DNA of 64,000 nucleotides, taken from NCBI GenBank assembly GCA_965228855.1, contig CBDDIJ010000003.1, forward strand, positions 448,001 through 512,000, in the 5' to 3' direction. The number at the start of each line of letters is the position of its first letter. Within the stretch, counting starts at the first letter, position 1. The notes below the pieces were generated by a model. It made no database searches. It was not told the DNA's origin and saw nothing but the letters and a program-made list of their open reading frames with translations. Shown in pieces: positions 19,407-28,176 of this stretch. Both the position numbers and the translations under genes were made by a program. This stretch comes from Candidatus Obscuribacterales bacterium. GTDB taxonomy: Bacteria; Cyanobacteriota; Vampirovibrionia; Obscuribacterales; Obscuribacteraceae.

Positions 19407-19667
19407 TCAGCACTTGGAGCGCAGGAGCGGGAAATTGGCAATCAATTGCGCCCTGCGATCTAATTGTTGCAGATCAAACTGCGTCGTGCTCTTGTCAAGC
19501 TCAAAATATCTTGACACCACGGCCATCAGTTCTTCCTCGAGGCATTCGAGGCGCCCGGCCGGAAGCTCGAGACGGTCGTAGGTTAACATTGATCTCATGC
19601 GGTCTTTTGCGGTCGTTCTGACTGTAGTCGGGCGAAAGCGCGCAAAAAGATTGGATAAAACCTGCAT
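19407..19667 (-). CDS. minE: Cell division topological specificity factor MinE
   Basis: TAKDRMRSMLTYDR, EELMAVVSRY, LIANFP; directly downstream of minD. Confidence 0.88.
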   Translation of the reverse strand: MQVLSNLFARFRPTTVRTTAKDRMRSMLTYDRLELPAGRLECLEEELMAVVSRYFELDKSTTQFDLQQLDRRAQLIANFPLLRSKC

Positions 19668-19681
19668 ATTGTCGGCCCCCC

Positions 19682-20494
19682 TTATACGCGGACCGGATTA
19701 AAGAAGTTGACGATCCTGTTGATCCAGGTCTGATTCTGGGCTGAAAAGTCCATAATCGGAACGTCTTCTCCTCTCAACCGGCGCGCAATATTGCGGTAGG
19801 CGAGACCCGATTTGCAGTTGTCGGTTCCACTGACCGGTTCGCCTTTGTTCGTGGAGACGATGATTTCCTCATCCTCCGGAACGACGCCGAGCAGTTCCAC
19901 TGAAAGAATTTCAAGAACATCTTCGACCGACATCATGTCGTTAGCCTGAACCATGTTCGGGCGGTAACGATTGACGACCAGCCTGTACTGCTCGATTTCA
20001 TCTTTGCGAGCTTCAAGTAAACCGATAATGCGATCGGCGTCTCTGACGGACGACATTTCCGGAGTGCATATGACAATCGCTTCGTGTGCCCCTGCCACCG
20101 CATTTTGGAAACCTTGCTCGATACCTGCCGGGCTGTCGACGAGTACGAATTCGAAAATGCTGCTCAGCTCTTTGCAGAGTTCCTTCATTTGATCGGCGGA
20201 AACAGCTGATTTGTCACGGGTTTGCGCTGCCGGCAACAGACTCAGGTTTGGAAGACGTTTGTCTTTCACGAGCGCCTGGCGCAATTTGCAACGTTCTTCG
20301 ATAACGTCGACTAGGTTGTATACGACTCGGTTTTCGAGACCCATGAGGATATCTAGGTTTCTCAATCCGATGTCCATGTCGACGAGTGCGACGCTTGCGC
20401 CTGTGCTTGCCAGGGCTACGCCCAGGTTGGCGGATGCGGTTGTTTTACCAACCCCGCCTTTTCCAGAAGTTATTACGATTACTCGACCGGTCAT
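19682..20494 (-). CDS. minD: Septum site-determining ATPase MinD
   Basis: SGKGGVGKTT, DIGLRNLD, DSPAGIEQGF, VRDADRIIGLL, C-terminal amphipathic helix. Confidence 0.96.
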   Translation of the reverse strand: MTGRVIVITSGKGGVGKTTASANLGVALASTGASVALVDMDIGLRNLDILMGLENRVVYNLVDVIEERCKLRQALVKDKRLPNLSLLPAAQTRDKSAVSADQMKELCKELSSIFEFVLVDSPAGIEQGFQNAVAGAHEAIVICTPEMSSVRDADRIIGLLEARKDEIEQYRLVVNRYRPNMVQANDMMSVEDVLEILSVELLGVVPEDEEIIVSTNKGEPVSGTDNCKSGLAYRNIARRLRGEDVPIMDFSAQNQTWINRIVNFFNPVRV

Positions 20495-20553
20495 TCCATT
20501 TACCTGTGGGATAGTGGTGCTTAATTTACGAGGAGAGAACTTTGTTTTCGGGC

Positions 20554-22077
20554 TTAATCGAGTCTTGATCTGACGACTTTGATTTTGCCGTCCACCATGC
20601 GAGCCGTCTCAGGTCCGTTGCTGGCTGCATAGTTGACTCGAGGTCTGTCGGGAGCTCTAGCGATTGCGTGGGCAATTCGAATCTGGATAGGTTGCAACTT
20701 CAACGCTCGAATTTCAGCGTCGACGTTGCCGCCGATACCGGCGTGGGCCACGCCGCGCAGGCAGCCCCATACAGTAATGTCGCCGTCCGCCATTACTTCT
20801 GCGCCTGGGTTGATATCGCCAATGATGACGAGGTGACCTTTATGGCTTACCGTTTGACCTGATCGCAAGTTTTGTCTCAGGTACAGCGTTGTAGGTCCAC
20901 CGATAGGCGACATATGAATGTCAACCGAATCGGTTTCCACTTCGCCATCGTATTCTTCGGCATGCTCTACATCATCGTCTTCGTCATCGATCTCGTTGTC
21001 GAGAATCGTCTGACCGACTTTGGGGTCGGGCGTACAATCCGCGTCCACATGGGTGACAACGTCACCAGTTACGGTGGCAGCCTGTGCGATCGCCTGGGCT
21101 GCGGGCTGGGCTTCCATCATTCCGTCAGAAAGCTGGAAGCTCATTACTTTTACTTCTACTTGAGGACCAGTGATTGACTGCTGCTCTTTCGAAATCGGCT
21201 CATCAAGCACACTTTGCGAAGCCGGCATTGCCTGGATGACGTTTTGCTCCGGAGAGGTGTCTTCGGCAACGATACTGACGTCCACCACATTCGGTGGCAC
21301 CGTTATTTCCAGGGTGGGAGCGAAGATTTGGTCGTTGGGCAAATCTGAATTTGCCGCAACCTCGAAGTTTTGCACAGGAGGCTTTGGTGCGCTCGCTGAT
21401 TTGGAAGCCGTTGGCGGCTTCTCTGCTTTGCCTTTGCTCTGAGCTGCGGGCTCGAAACTTACCGGTTTGCTTTGCTCCACTCTCGGTTCGCCGGCGATTG
21501 ATCTGCCATCGAGCGAGACCTTTCGTTTTTTCGGTGCTACGTGTGGAAACGGTGAATCATGACTCTCTGCTTTGCCTGCTTCGAAGCCATCGTGCTTCAT
21601 TTCTTCCAGACCTTGTTCCACAGGAGGGCTCGCCTCATGCTTGTTTTTGTTGCGAGACATCGCATCGACCACGCGCATTGTGATGCTGGCGAGTGGTCCT
21701 GCTTTCTTCCCCTCTTCTTCGAGCTCGGTGCTCGTTACTTTCGTTGGATCAATAGACACTGCCGGCAGTGTCATCGGTTTTCCTGCTCCAAGAGGAATAT
21801 GTCGTTTCTTTAGTGAAGCGCGCGTGACATCACTTGTCGAGTAGACGCCAGTTGGAGCGATGCCGACGGCTTCCGCTATAGAGAGGATCTGTTCGAGTTC
21901 CTCCGGAGTGACAGAGAGCGCGCCGAGATTGATAGAAACATGCATGCCCTGCCAAAAGTTGTTTGACACTTGCAGCGTTGAACTGAGATGTTCGAGCGCC
22001 TCTCTCAACGTCGTGCAGCCACTGACGTCGATGAGCACTCCCTGGTCCGGTTGACTGATAATAGCGATTTTAGACAT
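20554..22077 (-). CDS. minC: Septum site-determining protein MinC with a very long internal linker
   Basis: C-terminal LRSGQ..GHLVIIGDINPGAEVMADGDITVWGCLRGVAHAG; directly upstream of minD. Confidence 0.9.
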   Translation of the reverse strand: MSKIAIISQPDQGVLIDVSGCTTLREALEHLSSTLQVSNNFWQGMHVSINLGALSVTPEELEQILSIAEAVGIAPTGVYSTSDVTRASLKKRHIPLGAGKPMTLPAVSIDPTKVTSTELEEEGKKAGPLASITMRVVDAMSRNKNKHEASPPVEQGLEEMKHDGFEAGKAESHDSPFPHVAPKKRKVSLDGRSIAGEPRVEQSKPVSFEPAAQSKGKAEKPPTASKSASAPKPPVQNFEVAANSDLPNDQIFAPTLEITVPPNVVDVSIVAEDTSPEQNVIQAMPASQSVLDEPISKEQQSITGPQVEVKVMSFQLSDGMMEAQPAAQAIAQAATVTGDVVTHVDADCTPDPKVGQTILDNEIDDEDDDVEHAEEYDGEVETDSVDIHMSPIGGPTTLYLRQNLRSGQTVSHKGHLVIIGDINPGAEVMADGDITVWGCLRGVAHAGIGGNVDAEIRALKLQPIQIRIAHAIARAPDRPRVNYAASNGPETARMVDGKIKVVRSRLD

Positions 22078-22305
22078 GCAAATACATTGGCGTCCGAAGG
22101 GTCTGGTATGCTCGGCGAACTTATGTAACGATTCGCCACAGGAGGATCGTATTGTTTGGAAATCGGCTCGTCAAGCCTATCTACATACAGGGTGTATATC
22201 GATCGGTGCGTATAATCGCATGACATAACCGTAAGATTTTTGCCATGCGCGGCTGTGTCCTGCATCGCGGGAAGATGAAACTATTTAGAGAATGAGGGGA
22301 GCGCT

Positions 22306-23736
22306 ATGACAGGTGGTCAATTCCATAGAGCCATGGGGATGGTCGATGCGACTGCCATAGTCGTAGGTTCGATGATCGGCTCCGGCATTTTCATCGTTGC
22401 GGCGGATACCGCGCGCAGCGTCGGTTGCGCAGGCTGGTTCCTTGCAGCCTGGATTTTTGCCGGTTTCCTGACTGTTTCCGCTGCCACCGCCTATAGTGAG
22501 CTGGCGTCGATGTATCCATCAGCGGGTGGTCAGTATATATTTTTGAGAGAAGGCTACGGGAAGCTCGTTGGCTTTTTATATGGATGGACACTTTTCATGG
22601 TGATCCAGACGGGAACCAACGCTGCCGTTGCAGTAGCGTTTGCCAAGTTTCTCGGTGTATTCGTTCCCTTTGTTTCCGACGAAAACGTTTTGCTGGCAGT
22701 GGGCGGTTGGCATTTTTCCACGCAAAAGTTGATCGCTTTGTTGGTCATCGCTCTCTTGACTGCGGTGAATTGTGGTGGCATTCATCTGGCAAAGAAGATC
22801 CAAACAAGTTTCACCTTCATAAAAGTAGTCGCATTATCAGCGCTGATTATACTGGGCGCCTTTGCTACTCAGCATCACAGTGGTGCGCCGGTGAATTTCG
22901 AAAACCTCTGGCTCGCGAAATCCGCTGATGGTCATCCACTTGAACTTGGCGCACTGCTGCTGGCGTTTTCCATCGCGCTCGTGGGACCTCTGTTTTCCAT
23001 GGACGCGTGGAACAACATCACATTTGCAGGGGAGGAAGTGAAAAGCCCTGAGAAGACTTTGCCGCGAAGCTTGATCACCGGCACGGCACTCGTCTGCCTG
23101 CTCTATCTTCTGACCAATATCGTCTACCTTCTCGTGCTTCCACTGGACGGTGTAAAAGATGCTCCAACTGTAATTGAGCGTGGCATACAGTATGCCGCCC
23201 AGGACAGAGTAGGAACGGCAGCCCTGGAAGTTATCTTTGGCGAAGTCGGTCAGAAAATCATGGCAGGCGCGATCATGATTTCTGTTTTCGGTGCATTAAA
23301 TGGACTGATTCTATCGGGACCACGTCTGTATTACGCGATGGCCAAAGACGGTTTATTCTTTAAGAACGCGGGCATTTTACATGCCAGGACCGGGGTCCCG
23401 GTGTTCGGTCTGGTTATTCAGGGGGTCTGGTCTTGCATTCTTGCGACCTCGGGACGGTACGGAGACCTCCTGGACATGGTCGTCTTCGCTGCTTTGCTGT
23501 TTTACATCCTGACGGTCGGCGCGATATTTATATTAAGGAAGAAACATCCGAATGCTGAGAGACCTTTCAAGGTTCCTTTGTATCCCGTGCTGCCTGCCTT
23601 GTATATAATATGTGCTGCGGTAGTTTCCATGGGGCAAATAATCGGTCGACCCGATTACTGCGGTTTCGGTCTGGCCATCATCCTTTTGGGGCTTCCTGTA
23701 TTTTTTGTCTGGCAAAAGAAAGCCAAATCCTCCTAG
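22306..23736 (+). CDS. APC-family amino acid permease
   Basis: VGSMIGSGIF, ELASMYPSAGGQY, GEEVKSPEKTLPR, RLYYAMAKDG, RPFKVPLYP. Confidence 0.92.
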   Translation: MTGGQFHRAMGMVDATAIVVGSMIGSGIFIVAADTARSVGCAGWFLAAWIFAGFLTVSAATAYSELASMYPSAGGQYIFLREGYGKLVGFLYGWTLFMVIQTGTNAAVAVAFAKFLGVFVPFVSDENVLLAVGGWHFSTQKLIALLVIALLTAVNCGGIHLAKKIQTSFTFIKVVALSALIILGAFATQHHSGAPVNFENLWLAKSADGHPLELGALLLAFSIALVGPLFSMDAWNNITFAGEEVKSPEKTLPRSLITGTALVCLLYLLTNIVYLLVLPLDGVKDAPTVIERGIQYAAQDRVGTAALEVIFGEVGQKIMAGAIMISVFGALNGLILSGPRLYYAMAKDGLFFKNAGILHARTGVPVFGLVIQGVWSCILATSGRYGDLLDMVVFAALLFYILTVGAIFILRKKHPNAERPFKVPLYPVLPALYIICAAVVSMGQIIGRPDYCGFGLAIILLGLPVFFVWQKKAKSS

Positions 23737-23745
23737 CCAATTGAG

Positions 23746-24600
23746 GTGTCTATGACAGCAACGAACGGCGCCGCCCGCGTTTTTTCAGGCGAGAAGGTTT
23801 TATCGCTAAAAGTCGTTCGTCTCAGTTTGATAGTGTCTTTGTTGGCTTTGGCGAACCCAGCGCAGGCGGCGGTCGTGAAAAAGCCGCAGGCGTCGAAGCC
23901 TGTTCAAAAATTCGATTTGAAACGGATTACCGCTGCTGCGGCCAAAGCTCCGCAAGCAAACAGTAACAAGTCGATCGCAAGTATTGCTGGAACTTCATCT
24001 TTGTCGTCCTCAGCGGAAATTGAGAAACAGTTTCAGCAATTGAAGAAAAACGGGTTCAAAGGGAACCCATCGATTGAGTTGCTCGAACGTATGATGGGTG
24101 AAATGCACAATCAAAAACGTTGGGCCGACAAGGAAATTGTGATGCACGCCAACGTGGTAGCTTATGAAAAACATTATGGTGCCGATCATCCTGTTGTTGC
24201 CAGTCAGCTCGAGTCGATGATTGACATGTACAAGAAATTGAACAAGTTGAGCGATGCGTCCAAGTTGCAAACGAGAGTTAATTCTATCCTTAAAGGGGCG
24301 CGTGAAAACGTTGATGCCACACCGCTCTTTGACGTTCACCCGGATGGCAGCACGACGGAGCGTAGTCCGATGACTCATGAAGATCGAATGACCGATCTAA
24401 GAGCCCGTGCGGATGTTTTCGCTAATCATGCTGATTTCGAAACATCGGTCGCCTATCTCAAGAAGGCGCTGTCTGAGTCAAAATCAGAAGGTGGTGGATT
24501 TACCTCTGATGACTATAAAAATCTGGCGAGTTTCGAAGAACGGCTTGGAAACGAGAAGGAAGCAGCTAAGTTTCGCAATGCTGCAGATACAACAAATTAG
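23746..24600 (+). CDS. Exported TPR-like protein
   Basis: Signal peptide ending NPAQA; YEKHYGADHPVVASQL kinesin-light-chain-type TPR motif. Confidence 0.65.
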   Translation: MSMTATNGAARVFSGEKVLSLKVVRLSLIVSLLALANPAQAAVVKKPQASKPVQKFDLKRITAAAAKAPQANSNKSIASIAGTSSLSSSAEIEKQFQQLKKNGFKGNPSIELLERMMGEMHNQKRWADKEIVMHANVVAYEKHYGADHPVVASQLESMIDMYKKLNKLSDASKLQTRVNSILKGARENVDATPLFDVHPDGSTTERSPMTHEDRMTDLRARADVFANHADFETSVAYLKKALSESKSEGGGFTSDDYKNLASFEERLGNEKEAAKFRNAADTTN

Positions 24601-25424
24601 GCAAGTTTTTCAAGCTCAGCGTTTGCTTCTTTTGTCATGGCGTGCTCATCACCCCAGTGTTTTTTGAGGATGGCTATTTCTTCCTGTCGCAGTTGTTTCG
24701 CCCTCTCAACCTCACCCAACTCAAGCAGCACCTCACTCATTTGAGCGAGAATTGATATTCGACACAATGGATGACTATCGTTTGCTTCTACGATGTCCGC
24801 GGCTATCTGCGCGCGTTCGAGCAGCGGCATGAGTTTCCTCAACCGCTCTTCGCGGCTAATCTCGATCTGCACGAATGGAACTTCTGTTTTTTGCTCTTCT
24901 TCAGTAAACCAATCTTCGAGGTGTTTGTTTGCTTCTTCTGCCACCATATCCGGTTCCGGCTGCCGACCCATTACCGTAAATAACATTTGCATTGCAACGT
25001 CTTCAGCGCTCTTGATGCCGAACTTTTGTTCAAGGGCACGCGCCACCGAAGTCATGGCCTTACTCAATTCCGTTCGAGGTTTGCATAACGCGATGTGTCT
25101 CAATAGGTCGGCTACTTCTTTAACGTTTGCGGATTTCGCTCTCCGAAGCCTTACCAGCGTTCTCGAGAACAACTCTTCAGCTTTCGCGACTTCATTCGCG
25201 TTCATGTACGAGGAACCCAGATCGCTCATGACTGAAAGCGCGATTGAACTGTCGGACCCGTGACATTCTTCCGTGTGTGCCGCTAAATCTTCGGCGATCC
25301 TGAGCGAATGCGAATGATCGCGATCGAAATGCAAAAGGATTTTGAGCGACTTCATGAGGTTGACTTCCTGTTCTAAAAACAGGGAGTCGCTGTCCTCAAT
25401 CGAGACGAGATTCTCAAACACCAT
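24597..25424 (-). CDS. TPR-like helical repeat protein
   Basis: DLGSSYMNANEVAKAEELF, KKHWGDEHAMT; ATG 25424 overlaps the end of meaB (ORF track starts 25457). Confidence 0.6.
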   Translation of the reverse strand: MVFENLVSIEDSDSLFLEQEVNLMKSLKILLHFDRDHSHSLRIAEDLAAHTEECHGSDSSIALSVMSDLGSSYMNANEVAKAEELFSRTLVRLRRAKSANVKEVADLLRHIALCKPRTELSKAMTSVARALEQKFGIKSAEDVAMQMLFTVMGRQPEPDMVAEEANKHLEDWFTEEEQKTEVPFVQIEISREERLRKLMPLLERAQIAADIVEANDSHPLCRISILAQMSEVLLELGEVERAKQLRQEEIAILKKHWGDEHAMTKEANAELEKLA

Positions 25425-26403
25425 TGGTGGTGCGCTCCGATTCCATGGCCGCACCAAACAGTTTCCGTATAATGGTCTCCGCTGCAGAGTGCGGGTCTAG
25501 CTTTCGTGCCACCACGCTAGAAAGCGCGTCTTTGATTTCATCGGAACTCTCGAGCGAGTGTTCTAAATTGGTCCGTGCAATTTCTGCGACCATCTCGGCA
25601 AGTTCTGTCTTCACCTTGCCTTTGCGACGCTCGTTGAGCTGGTCATTTTCATTGAGAAAACTTCCGTGATCTTTGACTGCTTGCCAAATTTTATCGACGC
25701 CCTCTCCTGTTTCGCTGATTGCAACGATAACGGGCGGACACCAGCTTGTCGGGTGGTGTGCCAGTTCCAAACTCGCGATGATCTCGGTCGCCGATTTATT
25801 TGCTCCGGGTAAATCGCCTTTGTTTACCACAAAAATATCACCTATTTCCATGATACCGGATTTGATGGCTTGGATGTCGTCGCCGGAACCGGGCATGAGG
25901 ACTAAAATGGTCGTGTCAGCTGTTTGAGCAATTGCAAGTTCAGACTGACCGACGCCAACAGTTTCAATAATCACTACATCAAAGCCGAATGCTTCCAGCA
26001 TCCTGATTGCATCATAGGTGGCGAGCGAAACGCCGCCTGCGTGCCCGCGATTCGCCATCGAGCGGATGTACACATCTTTGTCCAGCGTGTGATCTTGCAT
26101 CCTGATTCTGTCACCGAGGATGGCGCCACCGGTAAACGGGCTGGATGGATCGACCGCGAGAACCGCGACCTTTTTGCCTTCCTTGCGCGCCTCCGTCACG
26201 AGCGCATCAACAAGCGTCGATTTACCGACTCCTGGCGAGCCTGTGACGCCAATGATGTGTGCTTTGCCCGAATGGTTGAATAATTCTTTGACCAGCGCCG
26301 TAGCGGGTGTGCCGCCTGCCTCTACAACTGTGATGGCGCGCGCCAGTGCGCGTTTGTCGCCTGCTAAAAGCTTTTTGCCGATGTCTTCCAAGACTCTACT
26401 CAT
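25414..26403 (-). CDS. meaB: MeaB/ArgK family GTPase (methylmalonyl-CoA mutase chaperone)
   Basis: GVTGSPGVGKST, AVDPSSPFTGGAILGDRIRM, IETVGVGQSE, GDDIQAIKSGIMEI, VNKGD. Confidence 0.93.
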   Translation of the reverse strand: MSRVLEDIGKKLLAGDKRALARAITVVEAGGTPATALVKELFNHSGKAHIIGVTGSPGVGKSTLVDALVTEARKEGKKVAVLAVDPSSPFTGGAILGDRIRMQDHTLDKDVYIRSMANRGHAGGVSLATYDAIRMLEAFGFDVVIIETVGVGQSELAIAQTADTTILVLMPGSGDDIQAIKSGIMEIGDIFVVNKGDLPGANKSATEIIASLELAHHPTSWCPPVIVAISETGEGVDKIWQAVKDHGSFLNENDQLNERRKGKVKTELAEMVAEIARTNLEHSLESSDEIKDALSSVVARKLDPHSAAETIIRKLFGAAMESERTTNGV

Positions 26404-26548
26404 ATATAAGTAAGAACAGTCGCTAATTTTAGCAAACGCAAATGGGCTACTGGTCCTGGTATTTCGAGGTCATAACACTCCGGGAACATGTCTTGAACAG
26501 AGGAGTCTTGAGGGATATGTGAGCGTAGCGGCGAAGGGAGCCTCCAAA

Positions 26549-27169
26549 ATGAAGTCGGAAATTAGCGTGTCCTTACTAGTAGTTTTGGGTCTTTCTCTGG
26601 CTCCTGCAGCCCATGCCGGAATTATCGACTCGTCCAATGTGAGCATCAAGACTGGCTTTGGAGATGAGATAACTATTAAGAAGGGAATCTTTGGAAACAA
26701 GAAGAAAGTCGTCAAGGATCGGCTGGGCGACAAATACGAGGTCAGCAATGGCATTTTTGGCAACACGAACACTGAAATAAACTTGCTGGGCAACTCGTAC
26801 TCCAAGAAAAAAGGAATATTGGGAACTCGCGAGACCGAGATGAAGTCGCTTCTCGGCGACAGTTTTAAAACCAAGAAGAGTTGGCTCCTTGGGCGCAGAA
26901 CGACAACTATTGATGCCAGCGGTGTGACCGGGCTGGTAGGTTCTGCAATCAGTCGCGCTACAAGAAAACCGATGCTTCCGCCTCTGCCCGTCGGCAACGG
27001 TGCTCCTGACGTGTCGACCTTCGGTTCCAGGATGGCAGGCGATATGGGTGGTGATGAAAACCTTCCTCCGCCGATGAGCGCGATGCCCGAATACAATCAG
27101 CCTGACTTGAGCGCTCCGCCAGCTGGAGAGCTCGACACGGTGCCGTTCAGTCAGAGTCCCATGCGCTAG
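26549..27169 (+). CDS. Exported hypothetical protein with short xxxG(I/L)(F/L)G repeats and Pro-rich tail
   Basis: AAGGGAG RBS; signal peptide ending APAAHA; repeats KTGFG, KKGIFG, DRLG, NGIFG, NLLG, KKGILG, SLLG, WLLG. Confidence 0.7.
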   Translation: MKSEISVSLLVVLGLSLAPAAHAGIIDSSNVSIKTGFGDEITIKKGIFGNKKKVVKDRLGDKYEVSNGIFGNTNTEINLLGNSYSKKKGILGTRETEMKSLLGDSFKTKKSWLLGRRTTTIDASGVTGLVGSAISRATRKPMLPPLPVGNGAPDVSTFGSRMAGDMGGDENLPPPMSAMPEYNQPDLSAPPAGELDTVPFSQSPMR

Positions 27170-27177
27170 TCCCAGCA

Positions 27178-27244
27178 GGAACTAGTACTGGAACTGGAAC
27201 TGGAACTAGAACTAGAACTAGAACTAGAACTTTGGAACTAGAAC
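27178..27244 (+). repeat. Hexanucleotide tandem repeat (R)GAACT, about 11 units
   Basis: GGAACT AGTACT (GGAACT)3 (AGAACT)4 TT GGAACT AGAAC read directly. Confidence 0.9.
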
Positions 27245-27264
27245 GCTAATAAAATTTTTCCCCG

Positions 27265-27308
27265 GAGTGGTGAAAGGCGCACGAGCAATCGGGGCGCCTT
27301 TCTGGTTT
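27265..27308. repeat. 44-bp hairpin-forming direct repeat, copy 1
   Basis: GAGTGGTGAAAGGCGCacgagcaatcgggGCGCCTTTCTGGTTT; GAAAGGCGC/GCGCCTTTC stem. Confidence 0.9.
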
Positions 27309-27476
27309 GCGGCTCCTTATACTTTGTCCCGGTTTAATGTGTCTATCACTCGATGACGGATTTCGGCAAAAGCGTCATCGCATCGTAGACAAGCAAATTG
27401 TCTGTACCCGCGAACCCTTATCCCGTCCGCTTTTTGCTTGCAGTCACCGAAATACGTGATGTTGGGAAATGGTGAT

Positions 27477-27520
27477 GAGTGGTGAAAGGCGCGCGAGAAA
27501 TCGAGGCGCCTTTCTGGTTT
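27477..27520. repeat. 44-bp hairpin-forming direct repeat, copy 2 (41/44 identical); may terminate the 27525 gene
   Basis: GAGTGGTGAAAGGCGCgcgagaaatcgagGCGCCTTTCTGGTTT; 4 nt past the stop at 27525. Confidence 0.9.
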
Positions 27521-27524
27521 TACA

Positions 27525-28028
27525 CTACTTTTTAAAGCCTTTGAACCAGCCGCCGCCCTGACCCTGATCTTTTGTAGCGTCATAAGTTCCTGACGTTCTC
27601 GGGTTTTGCGCCTGACTGTGCTGTTCTTTTTCGCGCTCGGTCAGCATGACTGCGAGTAGGTCACGTTCAGATTCTCTCTGTTTCAATTGAGCTTGGATGT
27701 CGTTGAAGTTAGCTTGCAGCTCATCCACTTCTTTCAGTTTCTGCTCCAGAAGCGCAGTCACGCGCGCGAGGTCCTGATGAAGTTGCTTATTTTCGCGACT
27801 CTTATCTGACAGAAGCGCGCTCTGGTTCGAGAGTTCAGCCTTCAAATCCTGACCATCTCGCGCCATCATTTCCATTTCGCGAAGTTGCGTGGAGAGGACG
27901 ATGTTTCTCTCCTGCGCCTCGACAAGCTTGTCTTGCAGCTCGACGATCTTGGTGACCATCGCCTGAACGCTTGGAGGACTTCGATCTTCCGCTTTGGCTG
28001 TTTGCCCTTGTGCACCCTGTGCAGTCAT
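27525..28028 (-). CDS. Coiled-coil hypothetical protein ending GGGWFKGFKK
   Basis: Heptad-rich Leu/Glu/Gln composition; ATG 28028 preferred (ORF track starts 28079). Confidence 0.7.
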   Translation of the reverse strand: MTAQGAQGQTAKAEDRSPPSVQAMVTKIVELQDKLVEAQERNIVLSTQLREMEMMARDGQDLKAELSNQSALLSDKSRENKQLHQDLARVTALLEQKLKEVDELQANFNDIQAQLKQRESERDLLAVMLTEREKEQHSQAQNPRTSGTYDATKDQGQGGGWFKGFKK

Positions 28029-28176
28029 TGTTCTACGTTTCGAAAAATAGTGGGAATTGGCCTTCAACCAATATGCCACGAGTTTTCATTAGTCAATCGA
28101 ATGGGTTATATTGTTCGTCCCGTATGTTTTTTTATCACATGCGGAAGGACTAATTGTACAGCCAGGTAATCTTAAA

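Noticed and set aside
27265..27520. Possible mini-CRISPR (two palindromic repeats)
   Set aside because: Only two repeats, a 168-bp spacer, and no cas genes in the window
27317..27583. 88-aa minus-strand ORF across the repeat unit
   Set aside because: Overlaps the 27525 gene in another frame, runs through the hairpin, and has no recognisable motif
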